Both the position numbers and the translations under genes were made by a program. A stretch of 64,000 bases of DNA, taken from contig JAVEYB010000001.1 in assembly GCA_034003725.1 (NCBI GenBank), positions 154,466-218,465 of the forward strand. The letters run 5' to 3'. The stretch comes from Candidatus Zixiibacteriota bacterium. GTDB taxonomy: Bacteria > Zixibacteria > MSB-5A5 > GN15 > FEB-12. Below the pieces are notes generated by a model that saw only the letters and a program-made list of their open reading frames with translations, was not told the origin of the DNA and made no database searches. The number at the start of each line of letters is the position of its first letter. Position 1 is the first letter of the stretch. Below, one piece after another: positions 36,890-46,023 of this stretch.

Positions 36890-37993
36890 ATGGCAAGAAT
36901 GTTCACGTGGCCTCTTTGTCTGGTCGTCGCCATGATAATGGTGTCGGCCGCCAACGCCCAGATTACCGTCGCAACCAACGACTTTCAACCGCCCGTCGGC
37001 ACCGTGGTGGACTATGCGGACGCAAACGGCGTGAACATGACCCTGTTCAACAGCGTCACCTCAGGGAGCGGTGGCGGCTTCACCTGGGATTTCTCCGCTC
37101 TCGCCTACTCTGCGCCGGTCGGCGGGTTGTCGGTCGATCCGGCCGCCGCGCCGGCGACCGATTCGTTCCCGACAGCAACCGTCGTGCTGCGCTATATCTT
37201 CGCGAACGACACGACCTGGTCGTTTCTGCGATCGACATCGTCGGAGTTCGGCGATCTGGGCACGGTACTTCACTCTGCGATGAATCCCGAGTATGTCGAC
37301 GTTCGCGCTCTGCCGGTACCTGAATACAGCTTTCCGCTCGACTACCAGGACAGCTGGACGATTGTTCGCGACCGCGTCGATTCCACCGAGGAAACGTTTT
37401 GGACCAGGTACTATGACACCACAGATTATGATATCGATGCGTACGGCGACGTCGTGTACCACGGCAATTCCCTGCCCTGCCTTCGCATACGCTCATCGCG
37501 ACGCATAACGAGCGTCATGTATTTCAACGGCCTGCCGTTCTCGACCACGCTCGCCACGACCGAAAAGGCGGAGTTTGTCACGCACGGATTCGACATTCCC
37601 GTTCAGGTCGGCTATATCAGCACGAGCGGTTTTGATTCCTTTTTCGGCAGTGTGTTGCATTCGTTTGTGAACGCGCCCACCGACATTCGCGAAAACGACA
37701 CGGGGACACTGCCGAATGCCTTCTCGATCGCCCAGAACTATCCCAATCCGTTCAATCCGACCACCAGTATAGGATTCAGCCTGCCCGCAGCGTCACATGT
37801 CAGGCTGGTCGTCTATAATTCGCTCGGGCAGGAAATCTCGGTGCTTGCTGACGAGTCGCTGCCCGCCGGATCGTTTACGGTCGACTGGGACGGCACCGAT
37901 CATTCGGGGCGCAGGGTGGCATCGGGCGTCTATTTCTACCGATTCGAGACACCACAGTTCAGCGACACGAGAAAAATGCTCTTGCTGAAGTAA
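36890..37993 (+). CDS. Secreted protein with a T9SS C-terminal sorting domain
   Basis: Signal peptide MARMFTWPLCLVVAMIMVSAANA. C-terminus QNYPNPFNPTTSI...SGVYFYRFETPQFSDTRKMLLLK. Confidence 0.75.
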   Translation: MARMFTWPLCLVVAMIMVSAANAQITVATNDFQPPVGTVVDYADANGVNMTLFNSVTSGSGGGFTWDFSALAYSAPVGGLSVDPAAAPATDSFPTATVVLRYIFANDTTWSFLRSTSSEFGDLGTVLHSAMNPEYVDVRALPVPEYSFPLDYQDSWTIVRDRVDSTEETFWTRYYDTTDYDIDAYGDVVYHGNSLPCLRIRSSRRITSVMYFNGLPFSTTLATTEKAEFVTHGFDIPVQVGYISTSGFDSFFGSVLHSFVNAPTDIRENDTGTLPNAFSIAQNYPNPFNPTTSIGFSLPAASHVRLVVYNSLGQEISVLADESLPAGSFTVDWDGTDHSGRRVASGVYFYRFETPQFSDTRKMLLLK

Positions 37994-38162
37994 TGCCCGG
38001 GCATAGGCAAGCTAATCGAACGCCCTGCACCTGGGTGAGGGGCCGTCGCGGTGGCTTCGGCAGCGCCGCTGCGGTCAGTCTTTGAGATCGAGATAGAGAC
38101 GTACGCCCTGATCGCGACAGAATGCGGCTGATACGGAATCAGTCCTCCCGCCCCGTATCAAG

Positions 38163-38252
38163 CGGAGAGGCAGGGATTCGAACCCTGGATAGAGCTTAAC
38201 ACCCTATAACGGATTAGCAATCCGCCGCCTTCAGCCTCTCGGCCACCTCTCC
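38163..38252 (-). tRNA. tRNA-Ser (anticodon GCU), class II with a long variable arm
   Basis: Manual fold of the minus strand: acceptor GGAGAGG/CCTCTCC, anticodon stem GCGGA/TCCGT with loop TTGCTAA, variable arm of about 21 nt, T arm CAGGG-TTCGAAT-CCCTG, discriminator G. Confidence 0.85.
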
Positions 38253-38414
38253 GTCGATCTCTTTTGGAGGCAAAAATATAGCCCGTCGGCCGGACTTCGC
38301 CAAGCGATTTTTCCATCCCCTTGCACGTCGACTTCTCACGGCCTCAAAGGCGGGGGTGGAGTACTGAATTGGGAATTGGGGATAGGACCGGAAGGCGGGA
38401 GTGCCCCGCGGGCG

Positions 38415-39818
38415 TCATTCGCGGATCGCGGACACCATCACCTGGCCGTTGTCGCAGGTCACTTTCACCCGCTCGCGCTCTTCCACAAACTCGCGGTAGA
38501 CGACGCCAAACTGCACCCTCACTCCGGGGTAAATGATGGTATCGGCGATGACATTCGCGTTTTCAAACTGCTTGAGTTTCTCTTCGAGTTCGGCTTTCTG
38601 CTTGCCGAGTTCTTCAATGCTGCCGGGGATCGCCTTCTGGACGGTTTCGAGCTTGGCGAGGGCGGCCTTTTTGTCGGCCGGAAGCTTGCCGTCCATTTGC
38701 AGCCGGTACAGGGAGTACAAAGCCTCTTTGATACGCTTGGCGTCCTCGGCCAGGCGCATTATCTCTTTGACCGTGTCGTTGTAGCGGGCGATGAGCTCGG
38801 GGTTGTAGCCGGCGATGACCACCGTTTTGGTGCCGGCATCGGAGCCGAATACCGAGGCACGAACCGATTTCCCGGCACGGACCATTCCACCGATAATCTT
38901 GCCGCGGTTGCCTTTGACCTCGATATTGTGGGCTGCCGTTACCGTGCAGTTGATGATCTCTCCGCCGACCGTAACGGTACCGCCGGCTTCCAGGCGCTGA
39001 CCTTCGGCATATTTGACGACAATGTCGTTTTCGGCTCTGAGGATTCCCTTGCCCTCACCGAAAAAGCCGCCCTTTATGTAGACCGAGCCGGCGACTTCGA
39101 TCGTAGAATCCTCCACGTTGCCCTCGACCTCGAGATTCCCGTCGACTTTGATCGTGAATCCGGTCTTGACGCTGCCGGACACTTTGACCGATCCTGCGCA
39201 ATCGATATTGCCGACGTTGAAGTCTACATCACCCCGAATTACCGTCACGTCGTTGACGGATACCTTCCCCTTCTGGAATACGATAGCGCCGGAGGCGGTC
39301 GCTATGAGGGTCATGCCGTCATCGGAGACCCTGGTGTTTGTGCCGCGTTTGAACGGGATGTCACGACCCATCGGACCCTGGATTTCCTTGCCGAACACGT
39401 TTTTCCCCGGCGTCCCGCGGGTCGGCGGGATCTTCGTGACAAGGACATCCCCCACGTGGGTATTTTGAATGAAACTGATGTCTTTGTAGTCGATTCGGCC
39501 GTCCTGGTCTTCCTTCGGGGTGCGTTGATTGGTCGTGTCGAAATGGTAGTCGAACCGGGCGGACACACCGGGGTTGGGCAGGTCGCCGCCGGCGACTTTG
39601 ATCGGCGTGACATAGATCTGCTCTTCCACGCCGCGAGCGATTTCCTTTTCGTCGATCCCGTAAATGACGCCTTCGGCCTCAAGCGCTTCCTTGACCTCGT
39701 CAACCGTTACCGGCGGGTCCGCCTGTTCCGGCTTGTACAGCACCATCGTCGCCGACATCGAGTCTCCCGAGACGGTAATGCGGACGCGTTTGCGCGTTGA
39801 GACCGACGAGCCGGCCAT
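38415..39818 (-). CDS. FapA (DUF342) flagellar-assembly-associated protein
   Basis: 467 aa. N-terminal ...ITVSGDSMSATMVLYKPE...EVKEALEAEGVIYGIDEKEI and a long beta-helix-like G-x-V repeat region are typical of DUF342/FapA. Confidence 0.75.
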   Translation of the reverse strand: MAGSSVSTRKRVRITVSGDSMSATMVLYKPEQADPPVTVDEVKEALEAEGVIYGIDEKEIARGVEEQIYVTPIKVAGGDLPNPGVSARFDYHFDTTNQRTPKEDQDGRIDYKDISFIQNTHVGDVLVTKIPPTRGTPGKNVFGKEIQGPMGRDIPFKRGTNTRVSDDGMTLIATASGAIVFQKGKVSVNDVTVIRGDVDFNVGNIDCAGSVKVSGSVKTGFTIKVDGNLEVEGNVEDSTIEVAGSVYIKGGFFGEGKGILRAENDIVVKYAEGQRLEAGGTVTVGGEIINCTVTAAHNIEVKGNRGKIIGGMVRAGKSVRASVFGSDAGTKTVVIAGYNPELIARYNDTVKEIMRLAEDAKRIKEALYSLYRLQMDGKLPADKKAALAKLETVQKAIPGSIEELGKQKAELEEKLKQFENANVIADTIIYPGVRVQFGVVYREFVEERERVKVTCDNGQVMVSAIRE

Positions 39819-39825
39819 AACTGGA

Positions 39826-40239
39826 CTACTCCTGGATTTCGGCGTCCATCGCCCGCCCTGAGGCGGAGAGGATTCGCCAGTATGCTCGTTCGACTATCAG
39901 CGATACCTCGAAGCTCTTGAACGGCTTCGTCAGATACTCGTCGGCGCCCAGAAGCAGAGCATCCTTCACCGTGTACGTATCGCCGTAGGCGGTCATCATG
40001 ATCATGCCGATCGACGGATGCTCCTTCTTGACGATTTTGAGCAGATCAAAACCGTTCATCCGGGGCATCTTCATGTCGGAGATGATGAGGTCGACCTGGT
40101 GTTTGTCGAGCATGTCCAGTGCGGCCTGGCCGTCCTCAGCCATCAGAATCTTGTACCCGTCGCGGGACAGAATTTTCGCCAGCAGATCCCGCATCATCTG
40201 CTCGTCGTCAACCACGAGAATGGTAATCGAGTTCTTCAT
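39826..40239 (-). CDS. Single-domain response regulator (CheY-like receiver)
   Basis: ILVVDDE, phospho-acceptor DLIISDMKMP, MMTAYG and YLTKPF motifs. ATG 40239 (MKNSITI). The longer ORF in the track is an upstream artefact. Confidence 0.85.
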   Translation of the reverse strand: MKNSITILVVDDEQMMRDLLAKILSRDGYKILMAEDGQAALDMLDKHQVDLIISDMKMPRMNGFDLLKIVKKEHPSIGMIMMTAYGDTYTVKDALLLGADEYLTKPFKSFEVSLIVERAYWRILSASGRAMDAEIQE

Positions 40240-40307
40240 CGTGTGTACGTCTCTCGCTTCACTCGCCCCACAAGCCGCACTCGCCGGCCGTGCCGAAGGG
40301 CAGTCCG

Positions 40308-40724
40308 TTATCGCACCAACGCCCGGGTCAGTTCTCCGATAAATTCGTCCAGCTGCACGGGCTTGTACATGACCCGGCACGCCCCCAGCACGCCGGCCTC
40401 GCGAACCAGTTTGTCGGTGGCGTTGCCCGTTATCACCATCACTGGCACGCGCGGTGATTTCTTCTTGATGTCGATCAACGCATCGAGACCCGACATCTCG
40501 GGCATGATCAAGTCCAGCGTGATCAGATCGTACTCGGTATCGGTCACCTTCTGCAACGCCTCGGCGCCGCTCTTGGCTATATCGATATCGAACGCACTGG
40601 TCAAGGCACAGAAATCCCTGAACACCTCGCGCACCCACTTCTCGTCGTCAACGATCAGAATCTTGAACGGATTTCCCCGCTCCTGGGCTCGCTGCGTAAG
40701 CTTCTGCAGGTTACCGGTGGTCAT
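40308..40724 (-). CDS. Single-domain response regulator (CheY-like receiver)
   Basis: ILIVDDE, LITLDLIMPEMSG, VMVITG and MYKPV motifs. Confidence 0.8.
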   Translation of the reverse strand: MTTGNLQKLTQRAQERGNPFKILIVDDEKWVREVFRDFCALTSAFDIDIAKSGAEALQKVTDTEYDLITLDLIMPEMSGLDALIDIKKKSPRVPVMVITGNATDKLVREAGVLGACRVMYKPVQLDEFIGELTRALVR

Positions 40725-40848
40725 GAGATACGTCCCTTTGTTTCAACCAAGTGATCCATCGACCGCCGGAACCAGGGGCAGTCGACCATATATAAGGTAT
40801 CGTCATTATGTGTGGATTCTCCAGTCTCTCACCCTTGGACCCGTGCCT

Positions 40849-41220
40849 TTAACCGACCGTTCCGCGGTTTTCCCCCAGGTCTTCAAGGATTTTGGCGCAC
40901 TGACGTGCAATCGCCTGAAGCCGCACCGATAAATGGTCCTCGAGCTGCCTGTCCGACGGTACGTCGTACGCCATAACCTCCCGGTTTTTGGCGGCGTTGA
41001 GAAGCACCGTCATCTCCTGAACCACCTTGACCGTACCGTTGACGAGCCGGATGAAGTCGGGTTCGAGCCGCTCCAGCCTGCTCGACGGATTGTTGCTTTT
41101 CGCTTTGGCGAGGTAAATGGCCAGGTTCAGCGCCAGTGTTTTCACCTGCTCGTTGAGCTGATCGACCTCGGAGACCAGATCACGCGCCTGCGGCGGCGCC
41201 TGTTTGCCGGTCGATTTCAT
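40849..41220 (-). CDS. Small helical protein resembling an isolated MCP signalling-hairpin tip
   Basis: 123 aa. EQVKTLALNLAIYLAKAKSN...DFIRLVNGTVKVVQEM aligns by eye with [20 protein letters not shown]...[20 protein letters not shown] of the MCP at 6649-8775. No TM, HAMP or sensor. Confidence 0.5.
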   Translation of the reverse strand: MKSTGKQAPPQARDLVSEVDQLNEQVKTLALNLAIYLAKAKSNNPSSRLERLEPDFIRLVNGTVKVVQEMTVLLNAAKNREVMAYDVPSDRQLEDHLSVRLQAIARQCAKILEDLGENRGTVG

Positions 41221-41221
41221 C

Positions 41222-42127
41222 TTAGTCCTCCATCGAGGGATAGACCGGGGTGAGCCATTCCACCTCGGCGCCGGGGTGCCGGTACCAGTCTGACGCCGTA
41301 TCCAAGAAGTCCTCGGCCGTCAGGTGATCGATCTCGAGCAATTTGCGATTGATTGCACCGACATGCAGAGCAGCCGCTTCAATCCGCCGCAGCCGGGACA
41401 GCACCTTCTGATTCGGCACCTCTCCCTCGGCGAACAGGCACTGGATATTACCGACAATCACCGCCAGCGGATTATTGATCTGGTGATTGATGACGGCAGC
41501 CATCTTGAGTACGACCCGGAGTTTCTCGGCGGCGACCTTCTGTGAGTGCGCCAGCAACAGTTGGTTGTGCGCCTCGGCGAGGGCATTGTTCTTACGTTCG
41601 ATTTCCTGCTGGAACAACTGCCGCTCGATCGATATCGCCAGCTGGTCCGCAACCACCGTCATGAGCCGGACGTCTTTCTGCTCGAACGCTTTCGGACGAC
41701 GGCAGCCAAGATTGACCACACCCAGGACATCGCCGTCGATCAGGAGCGGAAGCGACATGAAGCTGCGGAACAGGACGTCGCCCTCGAAGTCGGTGGACTC
41801 GGGTCGGTCCGCGAGCAGCACCGGTTTCTTGCTGGCCGCGGCCCATCCGGTCAGCCCTTTCCCCTGGCCGATTCGGAGAAAACTGATCGGCTCGACTCGC
41901 TCGCCCAGCGAGGCGACCTCGTCGTACCTGTCTGCGCGGTCATTCTTGAGATACAGCGTCGCGCCGTCGAAGGGCAGTATCGTCTTGATCATCTTGAGGA
42001 CTTCGACGAAGGTCGACGGCGTTGGCGCCTTGCCGCGGCAATAGGCGGCAATGTCCGCAACCAGGCCGATCTTCTGCCAGAAGCGCGTGGGGTCAGGATC
42101 CGTCGGGATTTTGCGCTGTGTCGCCAC
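41222..42127 (-). CDS. GAF domain protein with a histidine-kinase DHp (H-box) domain but no ATPase domain
   Basis: GAF-like core (FDGATLYL...GKGLTGWAAASKKPVLL...SFMSLPLLIDGDVLGVVNL). Coiled coil, then H-box VINHQINNPLAVIVGNIQ. The protein ends about 60 aa later with no N/G1/F/G2 boxes. Confidence 0.7.
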   Translation of the reverse strand: MATQRKIPTDPDPTRFWQKIGLVADIAAYCRGKAPTPSTFVEVLKMIKTILPFDGATLYLKNDRADRYDEVASLGERVEPISFLRIGQGKGLTGWAAASKKPVLLADRPESTDFEGDVLFRSFMSLPLLIDGDVLGVVNLGCRRPKAFEQKDVRLMTVVADQLAISIERQLFQQEIERKNNALAEAHNQLLLAHSQKVAAEKLRVVLKMAAVINHQINNPLAVIVGNIQCLFAEGEVPNQKVLSRLRRIEAAALHVGAINRKLLEIDHLTAEDFLDTASDWYRHPGAEVEWLTPVYPSMED

Positions 42128-42733
42128 TCAGCGGCCTCCTGTAAACTGCGCCGTCAGCTCGAGAAGCTGCCGCGCGCTTTCGTCGTACAACTTCGCGAAC
42201 AACATGCCCTTCTCGTCGGGGCGAAGGTGTATGTCGGGATCGTACTTGTTGTCGTCCATGGTCGCCTGAAACACCCGCTTCGCGGGCAGTTCTGTCGTGA
42301 ACCGATCACCCGCCAGCAACCGGCCGCGGCGCAGATCGACAAACCGGTACTCGCCTTCCAGCACCCCCACTGTCTCCCACTTGTGGAAGACCAGCGGCAA
42401 ATGAAACGACTTGCGGCGCTCGATCCGCTGGCTTTTCACCACCAGGCTCAGGAGGTACCGGCCGCCTCGTTCGACTCCCCAGTTGGTCAGGCTGTCCAGA
42501 TCCAGCGAGGCGTTCGGAAACGGCGGGTATGCCGGATCGCCGGGATCGACTACGATGACGCGGATGCTCTGGTCCCGTGTGAGACGGGTCACCAGGGCGT
42601 CCTCGAGACCGTCCGTCGTCCATGCGTTGGGCACGGATTGCACGCGGAGGATGAAATCACGCTCACCGGCGGCAAGTCCGCCCGCCGCCAGCCAGAGCGC
42701 GGCGACTGCAGTGAATAGACGAATCATGTCCAC
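42128..42733 (-). CDS. Hypothetical secreted protein
   Basis: Signal peptide MDMIRLFTAVAALWLAAGGLAAG. No recognised domain. Tightly packed between the PilZ and GAF-DHp genes. Confidence 0.5.
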   Translation of the reverse strand: MDMIRLFTAVAALWLAAGGLAAGERDFILRVQSVPNAWTTDGLEDALVTRLTRDQSIRVIVVDPGDPAYPPFPNASLDLDSLTNWGVERGGRYLLSLVVKSQRIERRKSFHLPLVFHKWETVGVLEGEYRFVDLRRGRLLAGDRFTTELPAKRVFQATMDDNKYDPDIHLRPDEKGMLFAKLYDESARQLLELTAQFTGGR

Positions 42734-42738
42734 CGACC

Positions 42739-43260
42739 TTACGCGGTGACTGTCGCGTTCTCTTCAAAGAGGTAACGGTTCAAGACACGCCGAACGGTGT
42801 GTTCGAAATCGTCGAGCGACTCCGGCAACAGGTCGACCTGCCCCTGCGACAACAGGTCCGTCACGTCGTCACGGGTGATAAACGCTATGCCGGCAAGGAT
42901 GCCCGAGGGATCGATCTCGACTCTCTTGACCAGACCGAGTACGTCGTTGAGCGCCTCGGTCTCCTGCATGATGAAGTGCAGGGCGACCACATCGCCTTCG
43001 AACACCTGCTGGTCGAGCTCCACCAACAGACCGCCGGCGGAAATATTGAGGATCGTTCCGTTGATAACGTGCCACTCCCCTTCGGGCCAGAAGTGCCCGC
43101 CCGCGTCGCGGATCTTGTTCAGCGTAACCGGCGATGCGATCTCGATTCGCACGAAGCGGCGGCGGTTGTCGCTCTCTACGCGGAACGGACGGCGCGCGGC
43201 CACGGCGGTCCCGTTGGTCGGCACTTCCTGGATGAATTTCACTTTGCCCTTTGTTGCCAT
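42739..43260 (-). CDS. PilZ-domain c-di-GMP receptor (single domain)
   Basis: RRRFVR (RxxxR) and NISAGG (D/NxSxxG) motifs with correct spacing. Confidence 0.75.
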   Translation of the reverse strand: MATKGKVKFIQEVPTNGTAVAARRPFRVESDNRRRFVRIEIASPVTLNKIRDAGGHFWPEGEWHVINGTILNISAGGLLVELDQQVFEGDVVALHFIMQETEALNDVLGLVKRVEIDPSGILAGIAFITRDDVTDLLSQGQVDLLPESLDDFEHTVRRVLNRYLFEENATVTA

Positions 43261-43278
43261 GTTAGTACCCCTTCCCGT

Positions 43279-44043
43279 CTACCGGGAGACATCGGATTGC
43301 ATCCATGCTTCTATTTCGTGATTTTTGCGTTCGCGATCGGCGGCGGTGTAGCTGAATACGGAGTCCGGAAGGTGGCTGAGCCGCTGCTGCGGGACGTGCC
43401 GGTTGCCGGCCTCACGGACGACAAACTCCACCCCGACGTTGTATCGGGAATAGTCCAGTTGGAAACAGTGGCGGACACGCGCCAGAACGAGGTCCGGAAG
43501 AATCTTTTTCGGCAGATCGAAATGCATCAGTAGTAAAATGTCCGGCTGAACGAAACTGGAGAAGTGCACGAGGGCTCCGCCGCTGGAGAAATTGACCGTG
43601 TCGGTCTTGATCCACCGAAGGCGCGCGATATCGACCGGCGAAAAGGTGCGGCTCGGGTAGGCGGCGAGATCGACCGGCCGCATCATCGGCATGCGCGCGA
43701 ACCGTCGCTGCGCCAGCGGGACCACGCGCTCATCGAGCTCGAGAAAACATCGACCGCCCTGCGTGCGCTTGAGCTTCGCCCGGACCGCGATATACTGGCC
43801 CTTGTATTTGAATTTCACGACCAGGGTTTGTCGGCTGACCAGGTTGTCGACCAGGCCTTCCCCCCCGGCGTTGCTGATCCGGATCTCTCGACCGGCGCAC
43901 GCCATGACGCGGGTGACGAGCTGTTTGCCGGGGAACTGCTGCGAGTACAGTTTTACGTCATGCCCGACCAGGGTAGACAAATCGAGACGCAATGCGTCGA
44001 TCTCCGTCCCAAAAGCGGCCAACTCGAGCGCGGGGCGTGACAT
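43279..44043 (-). CDS. YcgR/MotI-like PilZ protein (N-terminal PilZN-like domain plus PilZ)
   Basis: QRRFARMPM and NFSSGGALV motifs in the C-terminal half. The N-terminal beta-barrel region of about 110 aa matches flagellar brake proteins. Confidence 0.7.
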   Translation of the reverse strand: MSRPALELAAFGTEIDALRLDLSTLVGHDVKLYSQQFPGKQLVTRVMACAGREIRISNAGGEGLVDNLVSRQTLVVKFKYKGQYIAVRAKLKRTQGGRCFLELDERVVPLAQRRFARMPMMRPVDLAAYPSRTFSPVDIARLRWIKTDTVNFSSGGALVHFSSFVQPDILLLMHFDLPKKILPDLVLARVRHCFQLDYSRYNVGVEFVVREAGNRHVPQQRLSHLPDSVFSYTAADRERKNHEIEAWMQSDVSR

Positions 44044-44044
44044 C

Positions 44045-44797
44045 TTACAATAACCCCTTGTTTCGCAATTCTATCTGCCGGTCGAACAAATGCCGCGAGA
44101 GACGCTCCTGCACCATGTCCGAGAACCGCTTCACGCTACCCGGCAGTGCTTTCACCTGCGTATCGTTGAGGTGGTCGGGCAAGTCGTACGTGCGAATGAA
44201 CTCGACGCCGGCCGTATGACCGGTCTCGGTCTTTAATGCGCGGCGGCAGATCGCGGCGACGGCGTCGGGCAGACCGATTTCCACGAATAATTCCATCTGC
44301 AGAAGCATCAGGTCGTTGCGGTGGATTTCGCCGTTGGTCGTGATCAGTGCGCCGCCGGCGCTGACATCGACCGTGCGGCTCTGTATCCATTGAATTTGAT
44401 CGTTCTCGTCGCGCGGTGCGGCGCCATTCTGCAGCACGACATATTTGACGCCGCTGCTGAGGTCGATCCGGCAAAAACTGCGACGCTGGACGCGGCGGAT
44501 CTTCCTGGGCGGGGTAAGGATCGCATAGGAGGCTCCCCCGCCGTTGCGCTGCGTTATCTTCGACTCGAACTCGTACGCCGCGTCGTCTCGCGTCACCTGC
44601 ACCGTCACCACGACACCGTCGCGCAGCAGGGTGCGACCCTGGATGTACTCCGGATTCGTGATGACGATCCCCCCGTTGATGAAGTCCTCGATGCGGGCGG
44701 AGTACGTGCCTGCCTCGCGTTCCTCGCCAACCTTGAGCGTGACCTTCTCCCAGATCTTCAGCTCCTGGTTGTGCGGTAATGGTATCGTCTGCGCCAC
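44045..44797 (-). CDS. YcgR/MotI-like PilZ protein (N-terminal PilZN-like domain plus PilZ)
   Basis: QRRSFCRIDL and VDVSAGGALI motifs. The stop lies 1 nt before the next PilZ gene start. Confidence 0.7.
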   Translation of the reverse strand: MAQTIPLPHNQELKIWEKVTLKVGEEREAGTYSARIEDFINGGIVITNPEYIQGRTLLRDGVVVTVQVTRDDAAYEFESKITQRNGGGASYAILTPPRKIRRVQRRSFCRIDLSSGVKYVVLQNGAAPRDENDQIQWIQSRTVDVSAGGALITTNGEIHRNDLMLLQMELFVEIGLPDAVAAICRRALKTETGHTAGVEFIRTYDLPDHLNDTQVKALPGSVKRFSDMVQERLSRHLFDRQIELRNKGLL

Positions 44798-44821
44798 CGT
44801 TTTGTTCGCTTTCGTGCCTGT

Positions 44822-46003
44822 TTATGCCGGTTTCAACACGGCGAGATTCGAACGTCCCTGTTCGATTGCAAGTTCCAGTATCTTGCGCGCCAGAATTGTC
44901 CGCGATTGATCGTGACGATTCTGGTAAATGAACTCCTGGCCCGCCTTGATGGTGCTGGCGAAGTATTCCTTCGCGGTTTCGTGATCGCCCACTCGACGAG
45001 ACAGCTCCGCGATCAGATACGACGCCTGTATCTGCTGGTTGCCCGGCGAAATGTCGCGACCCTTCGCAAACGCCTCTCGGTAATACGCCACCGCCTTGCG
45101 AAGCGCGTCGGGTTCGTTACACACGGCGCCCGACCAGATGCTCTTGAGATCCACCAGGAAGTTCTCGAACGACGGATACTGGCCGAACCCCGGTCCGGCG
45201 CCGTCGGCGCCGCCAACCAGCGCGGTCCGATGGTCGTACAAGAGCTGGCGCACGGCCGCAAGGTGTGCCTCGCATCCGGCAATATCGTTTTTGAGAGCGT
45301 TGATCTCCGCGTTGTACAGCTCGCGGTGCGACAGCATTTCGGACTGCATGTGCGCCGACAGGTGCGGCGACTCAAAGTGCGAATCCACTGTCGTCGTGAA
45401 GTCGGAAACGTCTCTCGTCAGTGACTCCACCGTCGACTTCATCTGGGCGTACCGCGTGTCGATCTCGTGCATCATGCCCCGGAGAAGCGCGATGCCGGCG
45501 TCTTCGCCGCGCGACAAGTCCCGGAATACCCACGCGATGCGCAGATAGAAGCGGCCCAGATCGAGCGCGTGCGGACGGTCCGAAAGCGATTCGTCGAACA
45601 CCGCCAGCAGAAGCTTCACGATCGCCGTCTCGTTGGGATGGCGGCCGTGATGAATCGCGTTGCCCAGACGCTTCACCGGCGAATCAGCCAGCGACAGTTG
45701 CTCGAGATGCTGGTCTTTGATCGCCTTCAACCGGTATGTCTTGAAGTGAGTGTCGTCCTTCCAGTCGCGGAACTGGTTGTTCATCTCGCGGGTGTAGAAA
45801 CAATTGCTGCAGGTTGCCGTGAAATACAGCAGCGGGTTGTGTCCTTCGTATCGCGGGAACCGCCACTTGATGTCGACCGGACAGAAATCGGTATCTCTGC
45901 CCTGTTCCGTGTAGGCGCCGACCCGCACGGTCTCGAATTCGTTAACCGTCTTGCAGATGGGACATTCGATCTTGAATGTCAGAAAGGGACTCTGCGTGGG
46001 CAT
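44822..46003 (-). CDS. DUF2225-like protein (N-terminal zinc ribbon, C-terminal TPR-like helices)
   Basis: CPICK...(about 45 aa)...CSNC zinc-ribbon pattern, then helical repeats. The family is recalled from flagellar loci of other phyla and not verified. Confidence 0.5.
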   Translation of the reverse strand: MPTQSPFLTFKIECPICKTVNEFETVRVGAYTEQGRDTDFCPVDIKWRFPRYEGHNPLLYFTATCSNCFYTREMNNQFRDWKDDTHFKTYRLKAIKDQHLEQLSLADSPVKRLGNAIHHGRHPNETAIVKLLLAVFDESLSDRPHALDLGRFYLRIAWVFRDLSRGEDAGIALLRGMMHEIDTRYAQMKSTVESLTRDVSDFTTTVDSHFESPHLSAHMQSEMLSHRELYNAEINALKNDIAGCEAHLAAVRQLLYDHRTALVGGADGAGPGFGQYPSFENFLVDLKSIWSGAVCNEPDALRKAVAYYREAFAKGRDISPGNQQIQASYLIAELSRRVGDHETAKEYFASTIKAGQEFIYQNRHDQSRTILARKILELAIEQGRSNLAVLKPA

Positions 46004-46023
46004 ATATCTCTCCGATCTTCTGT

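Noticed and set aside
40300-40320. GCGATAAC (6/8 match to the sigma-28 -10 element) upstream of the second receiver gene.
   Set aside because: The match is imperfect, there is no TAAA-like -35 at N15, and it overlaps the stop codon region of the preceding gene.
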